DNA from: Hahella sp. KA22
Lineage (GTDB): Bacteria > Pseudomonadota > Gammaproteobacteria > Pseudomonadales > Oleiphilaceae
Length of the DNA stretch: 24,000 bases
Direction: 5' to 3'
Assembly: GCF_004135205.1 (NCBI RefSeq)
Contig: NZ_CP035490.1
Location: forward strand, 3,925,644-3,949,643
In this document: positions 15,608-24,000 of the stretch, piece by piece
How positions within the stretch are numbered: position 1 is the first letter of the stretch
Layout of the letters: each line of letters begins with the position of its first letter
Program-made: the position numbers and the translations under genes
Notes under the pieces: generated by a model
Database searches by the model: none
The model's input: only the letters and a program-made list of their open reading frames with translations
Told to the model about the DNA's origin: nothing

Positions 15608-16337
15608 AATTCAACGCCGCCTTCAGCACTTTGTGTTCATCTTCGCTGACGCCGAGTTTCCAGTAGCTGGAGATGTACAGGTCGCTTTTTTCCAGTCCTT
15701 CCTGGGCGCGGAAGTGGTCCCGCAACTGGCGCATGCTGTTTAGTTCGCAGGCGCACCAGACGGAAGGACGTCCTTGCAGCCAGGGCAGGTCGCGGACTTT
15801 GTTCAGCAGCAGGTTGCTGTCGACGCCGGGATGGGGATTAATCAGCCAGTGCACGTCGAGGTTGGCGGGGGTCTTGAGGGGCTGGATATCCGCCTCGCTG
15901 ATCACCTCAATCACTGCATAGCCCCTCGCATTGGAGGGAAGCTGTTCCAGGTTGACGCTGATGGCGGGCAGGGCGGTCATGTCGCCGATCACCAGAAACC
16001 AGTCCGCTTCCACATCCACCAGTTTTTTCGGACCAGGGCCGCCGATCAGGATCTGCGAGCCGATTTCCGCCTGAATCGCCCAAGTGGAGGCGGGGCCGCC
16101 GTCTTCGTGAATGACGAAATCTATGTCGATCTCATCTTCTCTTTGCGCGCGCACGGTGTAAGTGCGCATCAGCGGGCGCTGTTCGCCGTCGCGGGGAAAC
16201 ATCAGTTTGACGTAGGCGCTTTCCTGGTCGGCAGGAAAGCTGTGGATGCCGTCGCCGCCCAGGGTGACGCGCAGCATGTTGGGAGTAATTGATTGTCTGC
16301 GAACCAGGGTCAGTTCGCGTGGCGCAGGTCTGCTCAT
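15606..16337 (-). CDS. Siderophore-interacting protein / ViuB-like ferric-siderophore flavoreductase
   Basis: MRTYTVRAQREDEIDIDFVIHEDGGPASTWA, GGPGPKKLVD, WFLVIGDMTALPAI, YWKLGVSEDEH. Confidence 0.92.
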   Translation of the reverse strand: MSRPAPRELTLVRRQSITPNMLRVTLGGDGIHSFPADQESAYVKLMFPRDGEQRPLMRTYTVRAQREDEIDIDFVIHEDGGPASTWAIQAEIGSQILIGGPGPKKLVDVEADWFLVIGDMTALPAISVNLEQLPSNARGYAVIEVISEADIQPLKTPANLDVHWLINPHPGVDSNLLLNKVRDLPWLQGRPSVWCACELNSMRQLRDHFRAQEGLEKSDLYISSYWKLGVSEDEHKVLKAALN

Positions 16338-16396
16338 TATATCCTCACAAAATCAATAAAACGGATAGCGCTCCCGTAGCTCAAGAGCGGTTGTAT

Positions 16397-16849
16397 TCAG
16401 TGTTTGAGGTTTTCCGCCATCGCATTCGCGAGTTTGACGAACTCCCTGATCTCATCAGCATTGAGGCCTTGCGCCATGCGGGTTCCCGCCAGCGCTTCCA
16501 CCTCTTTTATTGTCTTGTACGCATCGACGCCTTTCTGAGTTAATAGCAGTAGCTGGCTGCGACGGTCTTCAGGGTTGTCCCGTTTTTCGATCAGCCCTTC
16601 CTCAAGCAGATCTTTCACGACGCGCGTAATCTGGGCCTTGTCCCGCTGCAGGCGCTCTGCAATCACCTGGGCGGTACAGATAGTGTTCTTTTCACGGGCG
16701 TGGTTGATCACTTTCAACGAGCGTATGTGGGAGACCGCCAGGGTCAGATTGACCTCCTGATAGGCCTGACGCATCGCGCGTTTATAGGCATGGAGCAGGC
16801 GGTGCAGGGACTCGCCGACGCTGGTTTCCGGGACATGGGTTTCGGACAT
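16397..16849 (-). CDS. MarR-family transcriptional regulator
   Basis: QVIAERLQRDKAQITRVVKDLLEEGLIEKRDNPEDRRSQLLLLTQKG winged-HTH motif. Confidence 0.95.
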   Translation of the reverse strand: MSETHVPETSVGESLHRLLHAYKRAMRQAYQEVNLTLAVSHIRSLKVINHAREKNTICTAQVIAERLQRDKAQITRVVKDLLEEGLIEKRDNPEDRRSQLLLLTQKGVDAYKTIKEVEALAGTRMAQGLNADEIREFVKLANAMAENLKH

Positions 16850-16864
16850 GATTCACAGATTTAG

Positions 16865-16913
16865 TTAGTTGACTGTGTCAACCATAATGGCATTGGTTGA
16901 TACTGTCAACTAA
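16865..16913. promoter_or_regulatory. Nested palindromic operator upstream of the marR-like gene
   Basis: TTAGTTGACTGTGTCAACCA-N9-TGGTTGATACTGTCAACTAA; each half is itself a GTTGAN..GTCAAC palindrome. A minus-strand TTGACA-N17-TATGGT promoter is embedded. Confidence 0.65.
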
Positions 16914-16951
16914 TAAGTGTTCGATTTATGGATGAGTTGGCAGCTGATGAG

Positions 16952-18835
16952 TTAGGAGATGTGCTTCAATAACAATTCCGTCAAATCCGCATGGGGCATG
17001 GGCCGATAGAAATAGAACCCCTGCACCAGCGCACAGTTGTCCGTTTTCCCTCTGACGAACTCCAGCGTCTCCGCGTCCTCAATCCCTTCCGCCACCAGCG
17101 CCAGATTCAGGTTTTTGCCGATATCGATAATGGTTTGCGCAATGGCGGACTTCTTCGCATCCTGAAGGACGCCGATTAAGAATGATCGGTCAATCTTAAG
17201 GTAGGAGAAGGGAAGTTCCTGCAAATAGCTGAGGGAGGAGTAGCCCGTGCCAAAGTCGTCCAGGGCGAATTTGATTCCCTGACTTTCCAGTTGCAGCATA
17301 GCGTTTCTCACCAAGTCTTTATTCGCCATGAACAGTGACTCCGTGACCTCCAGAATCAGCCTGGAGGGCGACACATTAAAGCGCTCAAGTTCGCCGATAA
17401 TGTCGCCGACCAAAGCGCCATCATTAAAGTCGGCGATAGAAAGGTTGACGGAGATGGTCGTCTCCGTGATGCCGAGGCGCTCCCAGTTCGCCAGAATCTT
17501 GCAGGCTTCATGCACCACCAGCCGGCCAATGTCCCGTATCATGCCGGTATTCTCTGCGATAGGGATGAAAACGCCGGGAGGGATGATGCTTCCATCCGGC
17601 TTTACCCAGCGAATCAGTCCTTCTGACCCTTTAATTGCGCCGGATTTAAGATCTACTTTGGGCTGTAGATAGAGCGTTAGTTCAAGATTCTCGATCGCCT
17701 TGCGCAACTGGCTTTCTACCGTTTGCCTGCGCATTTCCTCCTCAGCGATGCTGAAGCTGAAGAACTGTATGGCGACGTCATGGTTAAAGCCATGGTATTT
17801 GGCCAGATCTGCGCGCCGGACCAGATCGCCCACGGCTTCGCCATCTTCCGGGTAAATGCTCACGCCAATGTGGCAAGAGATAAAGTAAAGGTGATTGCTG
17901 AACTCTATCGGTTGGCTAATGTCTCTCTCAATATTTTTGCAGACGGACATAACCCAGTCGTTACTGGGGATATCCCGCAGGATAGCGATTAAATCATCGC
18001 CGCCGAAACGAGCGATGATGTCCTTATCCCGCAAGCGCAGCATGATGCGGTGCACGGAGTCGATCAGTATGGCGTCGCCGACTTCAAAGCCTTGAGTGTC
18101 ATTAATTTTCTTGAGGCCGGAAAGGTCGATGAAAAGAACCGCCAGTTTCATCAGGTGGAAATTGTGAAAGCGCAGCTGCTTTTCCAGAAGCTGGTTCAGA
18201 CAGTTGCGATTGGGAAGCCCCGTCAGGCTGTCATGCAATGCTTGAAAACGGATGATGTCATCGGTGATTTTCTGCGAGCTAACATCCTTGAAGCTCCAGA
18301 CGCGGCCCTGCAGTTGGCCGTCCACCACTTTCGGGGATGAGTAAAACTCATAATAGCGCCGACGTTTGAATTCAATGAGTCCATTCACGTTGATAAAAGG
18401 GTCTTTGCGTATGGCCTCAAAGGTCTCTTCAAGTTCCGTGGGGTTCTTGCATATCAGAAGCAGCTGCTCCTCAAATATCATGTCCGCCTGCAACTGGCTG
18501 ATGAAGTTCTTGCCCTGCCGATTCAGGAGGGACAGCTCGCCGTTACAGTCGAAGGAAATAATGGCTTCTCCCGTGGCGTCCAGAATCGCGGTTAGTTCGG
18601 CCTCGGAGCGGCTTATCTGCGCATTTGCCTGGCTCAACTCGTGAACCTGCCGCGAAAGCAGCGCATTTTGCTCGTTTAACTCATTGGATACGACGAACAG
18701 GGAGTGCTCGATGAAGCGTATCTCATCCTCATGCTGGGTATAGGCGTCTGAAACGCTCTCCAAAAAACGCGGGTGCGCTTCCAGCAGATCGGACAAAGCA
18801 CTTCGCTTCAGTTGTCGTAATAACAGCTTGTGCAT
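16952..18835 (-). CDS. PAS-GGDEF-EAL cyclic-di-GMP signalling protein
   Basis: PAS-like ELTAILDATGEAIISFDCNGEL, ALHDSLTGLPNRNCL, RFGGDDL, EGLIRWVKPDG, ALDDFGTGYSSLSYL, LKIDRSFL, VAEGIED. Confidence 0.95.
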   Translation of the reverse strand: MHKLLLRQLKRSALSDLLEAHPRFLESVSDAYTQHEDEIRFIEHSLFVVSNELNEQNALLSRQVHELSQANAQISRSEAELTAILDATGEAIISFDCNGELSLLNRQGKNFISQLQADMIFEEQLLLICKNPTELEETFEAIRKDPFINVNGLIEFKRRRYYEFYSSPKVVDGQLQGRVWSFKDVSSQKITDDIIRFQALHDSLTGLPNRNCLNQLLEKQLRFHNFHLMKLAVLFIDLSGLKKINDTQGFEVGDAILIDSVHRIMLRLRDKDIIARFGGDDLIAILRDIPSNDWVMSVCKNIERDISQPIEFSNHLYFISCHIGVSIYPEDGEAVGDLVRRADLAKYHGFNHDVAIQFFSFSIAEEEMRRQTVESQLRKAIENLELTLYLQPKVDLKSGAIKGSEGLIRWVKPDGSIIPPGVFIPIAENTGMIRDIGRLVVHEACKILANWERLGITETTISVNLSIADFNDGALVGDIIGELERFNVSPSRLILEVTESLFMANKDLVRNAMLQLESQGIKFALDDFGTGYSSLSYLQELPFSYLKIDRSFLIGVLQDAKKSAIAQTIIDIGKNLNLALVAEGIEDAETLEFVRGKTDNCALVQGFYFYRPMPHADLTELLLKHIS

Positions 18836-19974
18836 TATCCAGCCTCTTCGAACAGCGTCACCGTCATCGTCTGGTTCAGCAAGCCGCAGCGTCCGTCGCT
18901 ACAGATCACTGAGGAAATCTCGCCGTAAGAATAAAATCCCGCCATATGACATCCCTCGGATATCATCTCTTTGACCTCTTCCAATTCTTCCTCCGTTCTG
19001 ACGCCCAACACCATCCGCCGCCCGACGCAGCTGACCAGGATCGCCAGTTGCGAAGGCGCGCCTTCTATGTCGCTGATGGCTTTCTCCGTGGCGTAGCCCG
19101 CGCCCGATATCAGGTTTTCATAGTTGGCGTGCATAATCTGACAACTGGCGCCCTCGGGCACGTTGCCGGCGAACACCATACTTTGGTCTTCTTCATTGAT
19201 GGAGAGAATGGTGCGAACAACCAATTCCGTGGCGGTGGAGTGCTTCAAGCCGATTGGGAAGCGCAGGGCGGACGCCGGCAGCTCATTGGCGTACTCGCCC
19301 AGATAGGTCTTGTAGATTTCCAGGGCGGGTTTGTTATCCAGCTCATACAGTACATTTTTATTCGATCTGGTGACCTTTCTAAAGGGGCCAAACGGCTTCC
19401 AGCCGCCGAAATTGCCCTTGCCGATTCGGAGATTCGCTCCATAGAAACAGATAAGCGCGACCTGTCCGCTGTTGTACTGATCGTTCAACCAGACCTTGGT
19501 TTCCTTGAATTCCGTACCGTCTCCCGCCAGACCGCCCGTCATGTAGATAGTGTCCGGCAACTTCTTACATATGGCGCGAATCAGGTCGGAACCGTTAACG
19601 ACATGCCCATCCGATATGACAAAAATGTGTACGAGCCCTTCGGCGTTCAATTGTTCCGCTAAATGCGCGCCCAAAGCGCCGCTGTCTCCAAAGTCATGGA
19701 AGTCGGCGGACAGGGCCTCTATCCGAGAGGAAGCAAAGGTCGCTGCGGTCAGGCAGATACAGCTGTCGAATAGCTTGGCTCCTTCAATCGCCCCGCTGGT
19801 GGTGCAGCCAGTAATCTGCGCCTGAGGGAAAGCCCGTCGGACCTGCTCGCGGATGTCGGGATCGTCCATGATGTCCTTGGAGCCAAAAGCGATGACCCAT
19901 TGCGCGCTGCTGGCTGAGGGCAGGGGCTGGCTCCAGGCGCCATTCTGGTATGTCGACTGATAAATCTCCGCCAT
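18835..19974 (-). CDS. FIST-domain sensory protein; preferred start ATG 19974 (track ORF to 20004)
   Basis: QITGCTTSGAIEG, TGGLAGDGTEF (FIST N); PASALRFPIG and GYATEKAISDIEGAPSQLAILVSCVGRRMVLG...GFYSYGEIS (FIST C); GGGAGG SD upstream of 19974. Confidence 0.93.
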   Translation of the reverse strand: MAEIYQSTYQNGAWSQPLPSASSAQWVIAFGSKDIMDDPDIREQVRRAFPQAQITGCTTSGAIEGAKLFDSCICLTAATFASSRIEALSADFHDFGDSGALGAHLAEQLNAEGLVHIFVISDGHVVNGSDLIRAICKKLPDTIYMTGGLAGDGTEFKETKVWLNDQYNSGQVALICFYGANLRIGKGNFGGWKPFGPFRKVTRSNKNVLYELDNKPALEIYKTYLGEYANELPASALRFPIGLKHSTATELVVRTILSINEEDQSMVFAGNVPEGASCQIMHANYENLISGAGYATEKAISDIEGAPSQLAILVSCVGRRMVLGVRTEEELEEVKEMISEGCHMAGFYSYGEISSVICSDGRCGLLNQTMTVTLFEEAG

Positions 19975-20196
19975 CGCAACCTCCCTTTTTGCCCGTCTTT
20001 TCAATATCCTCCCTCAAAGAATAGACCGAGATCCGCGATACGCATTGCTAACAGGCGGAATTAGCGTGTTTAAGGCGGTCGCTATCGCGGAGCCAAAAAA
20101 GGAAACGACAGGGCTGACGTTAGGTCTGCGGTTTTATGGCTATACTTCACTGCAAAGCGGCGCGAAGATTTGAAGCCCTGAGCGAGGCATGAAGTA

Positions 20197-20988
20197 ATGG
20201 TGTGGCTGCGCAGAATGTTCTTTTCCTGCATCCTGATTAGCATCATGGCGACCCTGCATGCCCGCGCCGAAGACAAAGTATGGCTGTCCATCGGCGAATT
20301 CCCGCCATTCTTCTCCTCGACGCTGAGCCACTATGGCGTGTTCCCTCATATTGTCGAAGAAGCTTTCGCTGCCGAGCACATCAAGGTCGAGTATGTTTTT
20401 CTGCCCTGGAACCGAGCGTTGCGCATGGCCGCCGAAGGAGATTACGACGGCACGCCGGGCTGGGTCTACTCAAAGGAGCGGGCTCAGCAGTTCTCTTACA
20501 GCGATCCTGTCCTTATCGAAACCAAAGTGTTCTTCCATCTGAAAAGCCTGAACTTTGACTGGAGCAGCATTGAAGACCTCAAACCCTACAAAATTGGACT
20601 GACGCTGGGTTATTTCTATGGTCCGACCCTCGCCAGGGCGGAGGTGCGCGATGGTTTTGTATTTGAGCGAGTGTCCACGGACCTATTGAATATGAGGAAG
20701 CTGGCGGCGGGAAGAATTCAGTTGTTTGCGGTCAATCGCGAGGTCGGGCTGCAGATCGCCCGCAGCGAAATTTCCGCCCAGGACGCGGCCAATATCACCT
20801 ATCACCCCAAGCCGATCTCCGTGGATGCCCAGCACCTGCTGATTTCCAGAAACATCGATCCTGTCCGCGCCCGGTTTCTGCTGGATTCATTCAACCGGGG
20901 ACTGCGAAAACTGAGGGACAGCGGTCGCTACGAGACGCTATGGAAAGAGGATATTGGCGTCCCGTTCACTCCGCCTCCAAATCCATGA
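20197..20988 (+). CDS. Periplasmic substrate-binding protein (SBP_bac_3-like), orphan
   Basis: Signal peptide; VWLSIGEFPPFFSSTLSHYGVFPHIVEEAFAAEHIKVEYVFLPWNRALRMAAEGDYDGT. Confidence 0.88.
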   Translation: MVWLRRMFFSCILISIMATLHARAEDKVWLSIGEFPPFFSSTLSHYGVFPHIVEEAFAAEHIKVEYVFLPWNRALRMAAEGDYDGTPGWVYSKERAQQFSYSDPVLIETKVFFHLKSLNFDWSSIEDLKPYKIGLTLGYFYGPTLARAEVRDGFVFERVSTDLLNMRKLAAGRIQLFAVNREVGLQIARSEISAQDAANITYHPKPISVDAQHLLISRNIDPVRARFLLDSFNRGLRKLRDSGRYETLWKEDIGVPFTPPPNP

Positions 20989-21065
20989 GACGGGTCTTCA
21001 GCCTCTCAGTCAGTTGTTATGCCTGAGCTAAACTCGATAGAACGCCCAGCGCACAGGAGGCTCTG

Positions 21066-21140
21066 ATGAAACACCTGCTGATGACCGTCGCTGGCGGCAT
21101 CATCTGGAAGGCATCGTGGAAGGCCATTACCGCAGATTAG
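21066..21140 (+). CDS. Candidate small protein MKHLLMTVAGGIIWKASWKAITAD
   Basis: Perfect AGGAGG 5 nt upstream of ATG, 24 codons, TAG at 21138. Confidence 0.35.
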   Translation: MKHLLMTVAGGIIWKASWKAITAD

Positions 21141-21170
21141 CGGATTGAGGGTAAGTATTGAGGTAGGAGG

Positions 21171-21995
21171 TCAGTGCGCCGAGACGCTGGCGGGACTGAG
21201 GCTGGGATCTATTTGCAGATTGCTCAGTCTGCCGGAGTCAATCAGCTGTTGCATGCCTTTATCAAACTGCGCTTTCAACCAGGCATGCCGTGGCGATTTC
21301 TTCGAAAATATCAGATACAGTTTTGCGGTATACAATTGCTCCGGCAGATACCTGATTTGCTGACGCTCCCCCGCGTCAAAGTGCTTTCTTAAGACTTCCA
21401 GCCCCACTACCAGATCACTGGGAAACAGGTCTATATGACCTTTGATCAGTTGCCTGAAGTTGGTGGCTTCCGAGTCGCTGCGGCGCACCGTAAACAATCC
21501 CGTCCGCTCCGCTTCATCCAGCTTGCTCCCGTAGTTGTAGCCCAGTATGGCGCCGACACGCAGTTTTTGAGCGTCTTCCGGCGGAGACCAGATTTCCTCC
21601 CATGACAAGGTACGATGCTTCGAGTAGAAGAACACGGTGCGTTCAATGATGATCGGCATCTCGCTGAATACAAAATCCTGCTCCCGCTCAGAGGTCTTTT
21701 CCCAGGCAATAGTGGCGTCCAGGTCTCCTTGCTGACACAGAAAGAAGCTGCGATTCCAGGGGTGGAAATCGTACGTCACATCAATATTCACCAGCGCAAA
21801 CGCCTCGGAAACAATTTGCGAGGTGGGACCAAAATTGGGCGCATCTTCGGAAATATAAGGCGGCCATTCGCCGCTGCCGATATGAATCACCTCCTGCGCG
21901 AACAATGAAACGCTCCATAGCAACCCCAGACACAGGAAAAGTCGAACCGGAAACATCTGTAAACGCCAGCGGCGCGTCATCATCACGGTCATCAC
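21171..21995 (-). CDS. Periplasmic substrate-binding protein (SBP_bac_3-like), orphan; start may be ATG 21983 or 21956
   Basis: Signal peptide; HIGSGEWPPYISEDAPNFGPTSQIVSEAFALVNIDVTYDFHPWNRSFFLCQQGDLDATIAW. Confidence 0.88.
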   Translation of the reverse strand: MMTVMMTRRWRLQMFPVRLFLCLGLLWSVSLFAQEVIHIGSGEWPPYISEDAPNFGPTSQIVSEAFALVNIDVTYDFHPWNRSFFLCQQGDLDATIAWEKTSEREQDFVFSEMPIIIERTVFFYSKHRTLSWEEIWSPPEDAQKLRVGAILGYNYGSKLDEAERTGLFTVRRSDSEATNFRQLIKGHIDLFPSDLVVGLEVLRKHFDAGERQQIRYLPEQLYTAKLYLIFSKKSPRHAWLKAQFDKGMQQLIDSGRLSNLQIDPSLSPASVSAH

Positions 21996-22104
21996 CTAAA
22001 GTCATCATGCATAGCTTCTAAAAGCGTAGCAGATTGGCCAGTTTGGCGACGCCAAGCCTGAGGTTGTTACTTTTTTTGACAGATTGCGTTTAACTATTAA
22101 TCAG

Positions 22105-22206
22105 GCAGTCAAATAGCTTCCTTCTATTTGACTGCAACGACAGGGCCTGCACAGGTCAGGCCCTGTCTCCCGCGGCTAGCCGCCGCGCAGGCGCATCCAT
22201 GCGCCT
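22105..22206. repeat. Array of four consecutive hairpins
   Basis: 22105-22135 GCAGTCAAATAG/CTATTTGACTGC (12 bp, 7-nt loop); 22139-22167 GACAGGGCCTG/CAGGCCCTGTC (11 bp, 7-nt loop); 22171-22187 CGCGGC/GCCGCG; 22189-22206 AGGCGCA/TGCGCCT. Confidence 0.75.
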
Positions 22207-22273
22207 AGTTATTAACATGCCAATATCATTGCCATATTAATAATAATTAGAGTGCAAAGTCTCTGAGCGATGC

Positions 22274-22303
22274 GTTGGATGGCGCTTTGCTTATCCAACC
22301 TAC
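22274..22303 (-). repeat. REP-like palindrome, type B
   Basis: gttggatggcgctttgcttatccaacctac, identical to 6691-6720. Confidence 0.85.
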
Positions 22304-22403
22304 ATTTCCAACCTGCATTTATCTGGCCCGCATTTATCGGTTATGCATTCTTTTGGTTCAGATTATTCCAATGCTCAATTATCTTTCTGTTCACTGCATC
22401 GGG

Positions 22404-24000
22404 TTACTTGCTAAGACGCAGATAAACCAGCAGGTTAAGCAGAGCGGGGGGATTGATTGCTGCGGCGTCGTCACGCCAGTCAATGGCGGCGGACAGGATT
22501 CGATTCAGCCTGTGCAGTCCTATGGCTTCGCATTGTTGCGTTAATTCTCGCCACCGGGATTGAGCATTGGGCGCCGCCTGTCTAATCCCTGTGATTAGCA
22601 GGTCGCAGAGTAATTGGTCCAGCTCCTCCAATAGCCGAGACAAGGTTGACTGCTCCAGGGCAAGGCGATTTTCCGCAGGTAGCGTATGGGCGGCAGGTAT
22701 ACCGGGCAAGCTGGCGTCGACATAGGGTTGCAGCATCATGGCTTGTTGGCTCACGGAGTACACGACACTGATGGGCTCGATCATCAACCCGTGCGTGTGT
22801 TCCGTGACCGAACCGGCGACGTAGTTGATGTGCGAGCCATGCATTCGCAGTAGTTGCAACAGTACTTCAGCGCCTCCCGCCCCGCGCGTTGAGTAGGGAA
22901 ACGCAAGCGCGATACTGGCGCCTTTGGCGTCCACAAGGTCGGCTTTGACGCACTGGGAGGCGGCGTCGAAACGGGGATTGGCGACGCCACTCACTTTGAT
23001 CGCATAAAAATTTTCATTGGCCTTAAGAGACCGAAACGGCCCCGCCAGGCGAGTGGCCAGACGCCTGCGGAGTTCATCAAAGTCCTCCATTAGCAGGTTC
23101 TGACGCAGTGTCGACCATTGATAGGATTGTGGATTAACCGCGGTCTGGCGACCAAACGTCATGCGATTATCCAAGGATAGTTTGGCGCCGGAGGTTAACA
23201 CCTGCCCCTTGCCGTAGTCCTGGATAGAGTGCTGCAGCACATACATGCGTTGGGTGATCTGATAATAGGAGTGGGGAGCGTCTTCCGCCTTCGAGGTTTT
23301 TTGACGTTTCTCCAGAATCACCAGTCCGCCAGTGTCGACGCTCTGTAGAAACACCTCTGCGAAGACGCCGCCATGCTCCTCCCGCATGCGGCAACCCAGG
23401 CCTATATAGCGCGACTTGCCGGTTCGCTCCCTGACCCTTTTTGGTCCTCCGCCTCTAATTACGACTTCCGGCGCAGGCAGCGTCGGCGAGGCGAGGGCGC
23501 GTTGCCGACAGAGGAACTCGCCCATGTGGCGGATCGCCTGAGAAGGGGAAAAGGAGCCGTCTCGGCGGTGATAGCGGTCGATCTGCTCCACCAGACGCTC
23601 ACAGTGGCTGGCCGGCCACAGCCAGTCATGAGCCTGCATACGCCGGGCGGCGCGGCGGAGCTTATCCCGCATTCCTGGCTCCAGTTGAGAGAGTCCGCCC
23701 TGCAGCAGGCGAACAAACAGGCCGCCGACGGACCGCAACGCTTCCGGTTCGGCAGGGGGCGGTGGGCAGGTGCTGACATAACCGGCCGTCTGGCCCTGCG
23801 GGAGCCGCCTGAACGCCAGTATGGCGATAATCGCCGCCACCGCCGTCAGTTCCTCATCGCCATCGGACTGCACATAGCGCGGATCGCCCGGAGCTAAAAA
23901 GCGGACCGCCACACCGATCGTCTCAATAATCGCCAGCGGCTTCTCGCTGAGGGCCAACTCCGCCAGTACGCCTTCCTGAAACCACTTCTTCGCTTTACGG
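22404..24000 (-). CDS. Large hypothetical protein, 5' end beyond the window
   Basis: Track ORF starts at an internal TTG (23957), but the frame stays open and protein-like to the window edge (...RKAKKWFQEGVLAELALSEK). Confidence 0.7.
   Translation of the reverse strand, partial: RKAKKWFQEGVLAELALSEKPLAIIETIGVAVRFLAPGDPRYVQSDGDEELTAVAAIIAILAFRRLPQGQTAGYVSTCPPPPAEPEALRSVGGLFVRLLQGGLSQLEPGMRDKLRRAARRMQAHDWLWPASHCERLVEQIDRYHRRDGSFSPSQAIRHMGEFLCRQRALASPTLPAPEVVIRGGGPKRVRERTGKSRYIGLGCRMREEHGGVFAEVFLQSVDTGGLVILEKRQKTSKAEDAPHSYYQITQRMYVLQHSIQDYGKGQVLTSGAKLSLDNRMTFGRQTAVNPQSYQWSTLRQNLLMEDFDELRRRLATRLAGPFRSLKANENFYAIKVSGVANPRFDAASQCVKADLVDAKGASIALAFPYSTRGAGGAEVLLQLLRMHGSHINYVAGSVTEHTHGLMIEPISVVYSVSQQAMMLQPYVDASLPGIPAAHTLPAENRLALEQSTLSRLLEELDQLLCDLLITGIRQAAPNAQSRWRELTQQCEAIGLHRLNRILSAAIDWRDDAAAINPPALLNLLVYLRLSK

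Noticed and set aside
1-24000. CRISPR array, tRNA or rRNA
   Set aside because: No regularly spaced repeats, no cloverleaf with TTCGA-type arms and no rRNA signatures noticed by eye. A tRNAscan/Infernal run would be decisive.

Overview
The window is 24 kb of gammaproteobacterial chromosome, probably from a marine Hahella-like organism; that guess rests on gene style only. From left to right it contains: (1) a translationally overlapping operon of an UgpC/MalK-type ABC ATPase, an MBL-fold hydrolase, an inositol-monophosphatase-family phosphatase and a LacI regulator, facing a secreted PI-PLC-like protein with a ricin-type lectin tail; (2) a DUF429 gene bracketed by GTAG-headed REP-like palindromes; (3) a DarTG-type toxin-antitoxin module with two tandem DarT-like ADP-ribosyltransferase genes and one DarG macrodomain antitoxin, flanked by identical 31-nt GC-rich palindromic repeats; (4) a TPR protein next to a vWA-domain PEP-CTERM protein, and a COG4315-type secreted protein; (5) a histidine phosphatase, a small acidic protein, and a compact unit with an 11-codon leader peptide, a Shine-Dalgarno-sequestering hairpin, a 71-aa basic/cysteine-containing ORF and a terminator; (6) a siderophore-interacting flavoreductase and a MarR regulator with a nested palindromic operator; (7) a FIST sensor overlapping a PAS/GGDEF/EAL protein; (8) two convergent orphan SBP_bac_3 proteins, a 24-codon small ORF with a strong SD, and an array of four consecutive hairpins; (9) a large hypothetical protein running off the right edge. 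The best leads for new biology are the double-DarT/single-DarG cassette, the leader/SD-hairpin/small-protein unit, the hairpin array, and the covarying REP elements. All family assignments come from reading motifs by eye; no database search was run.
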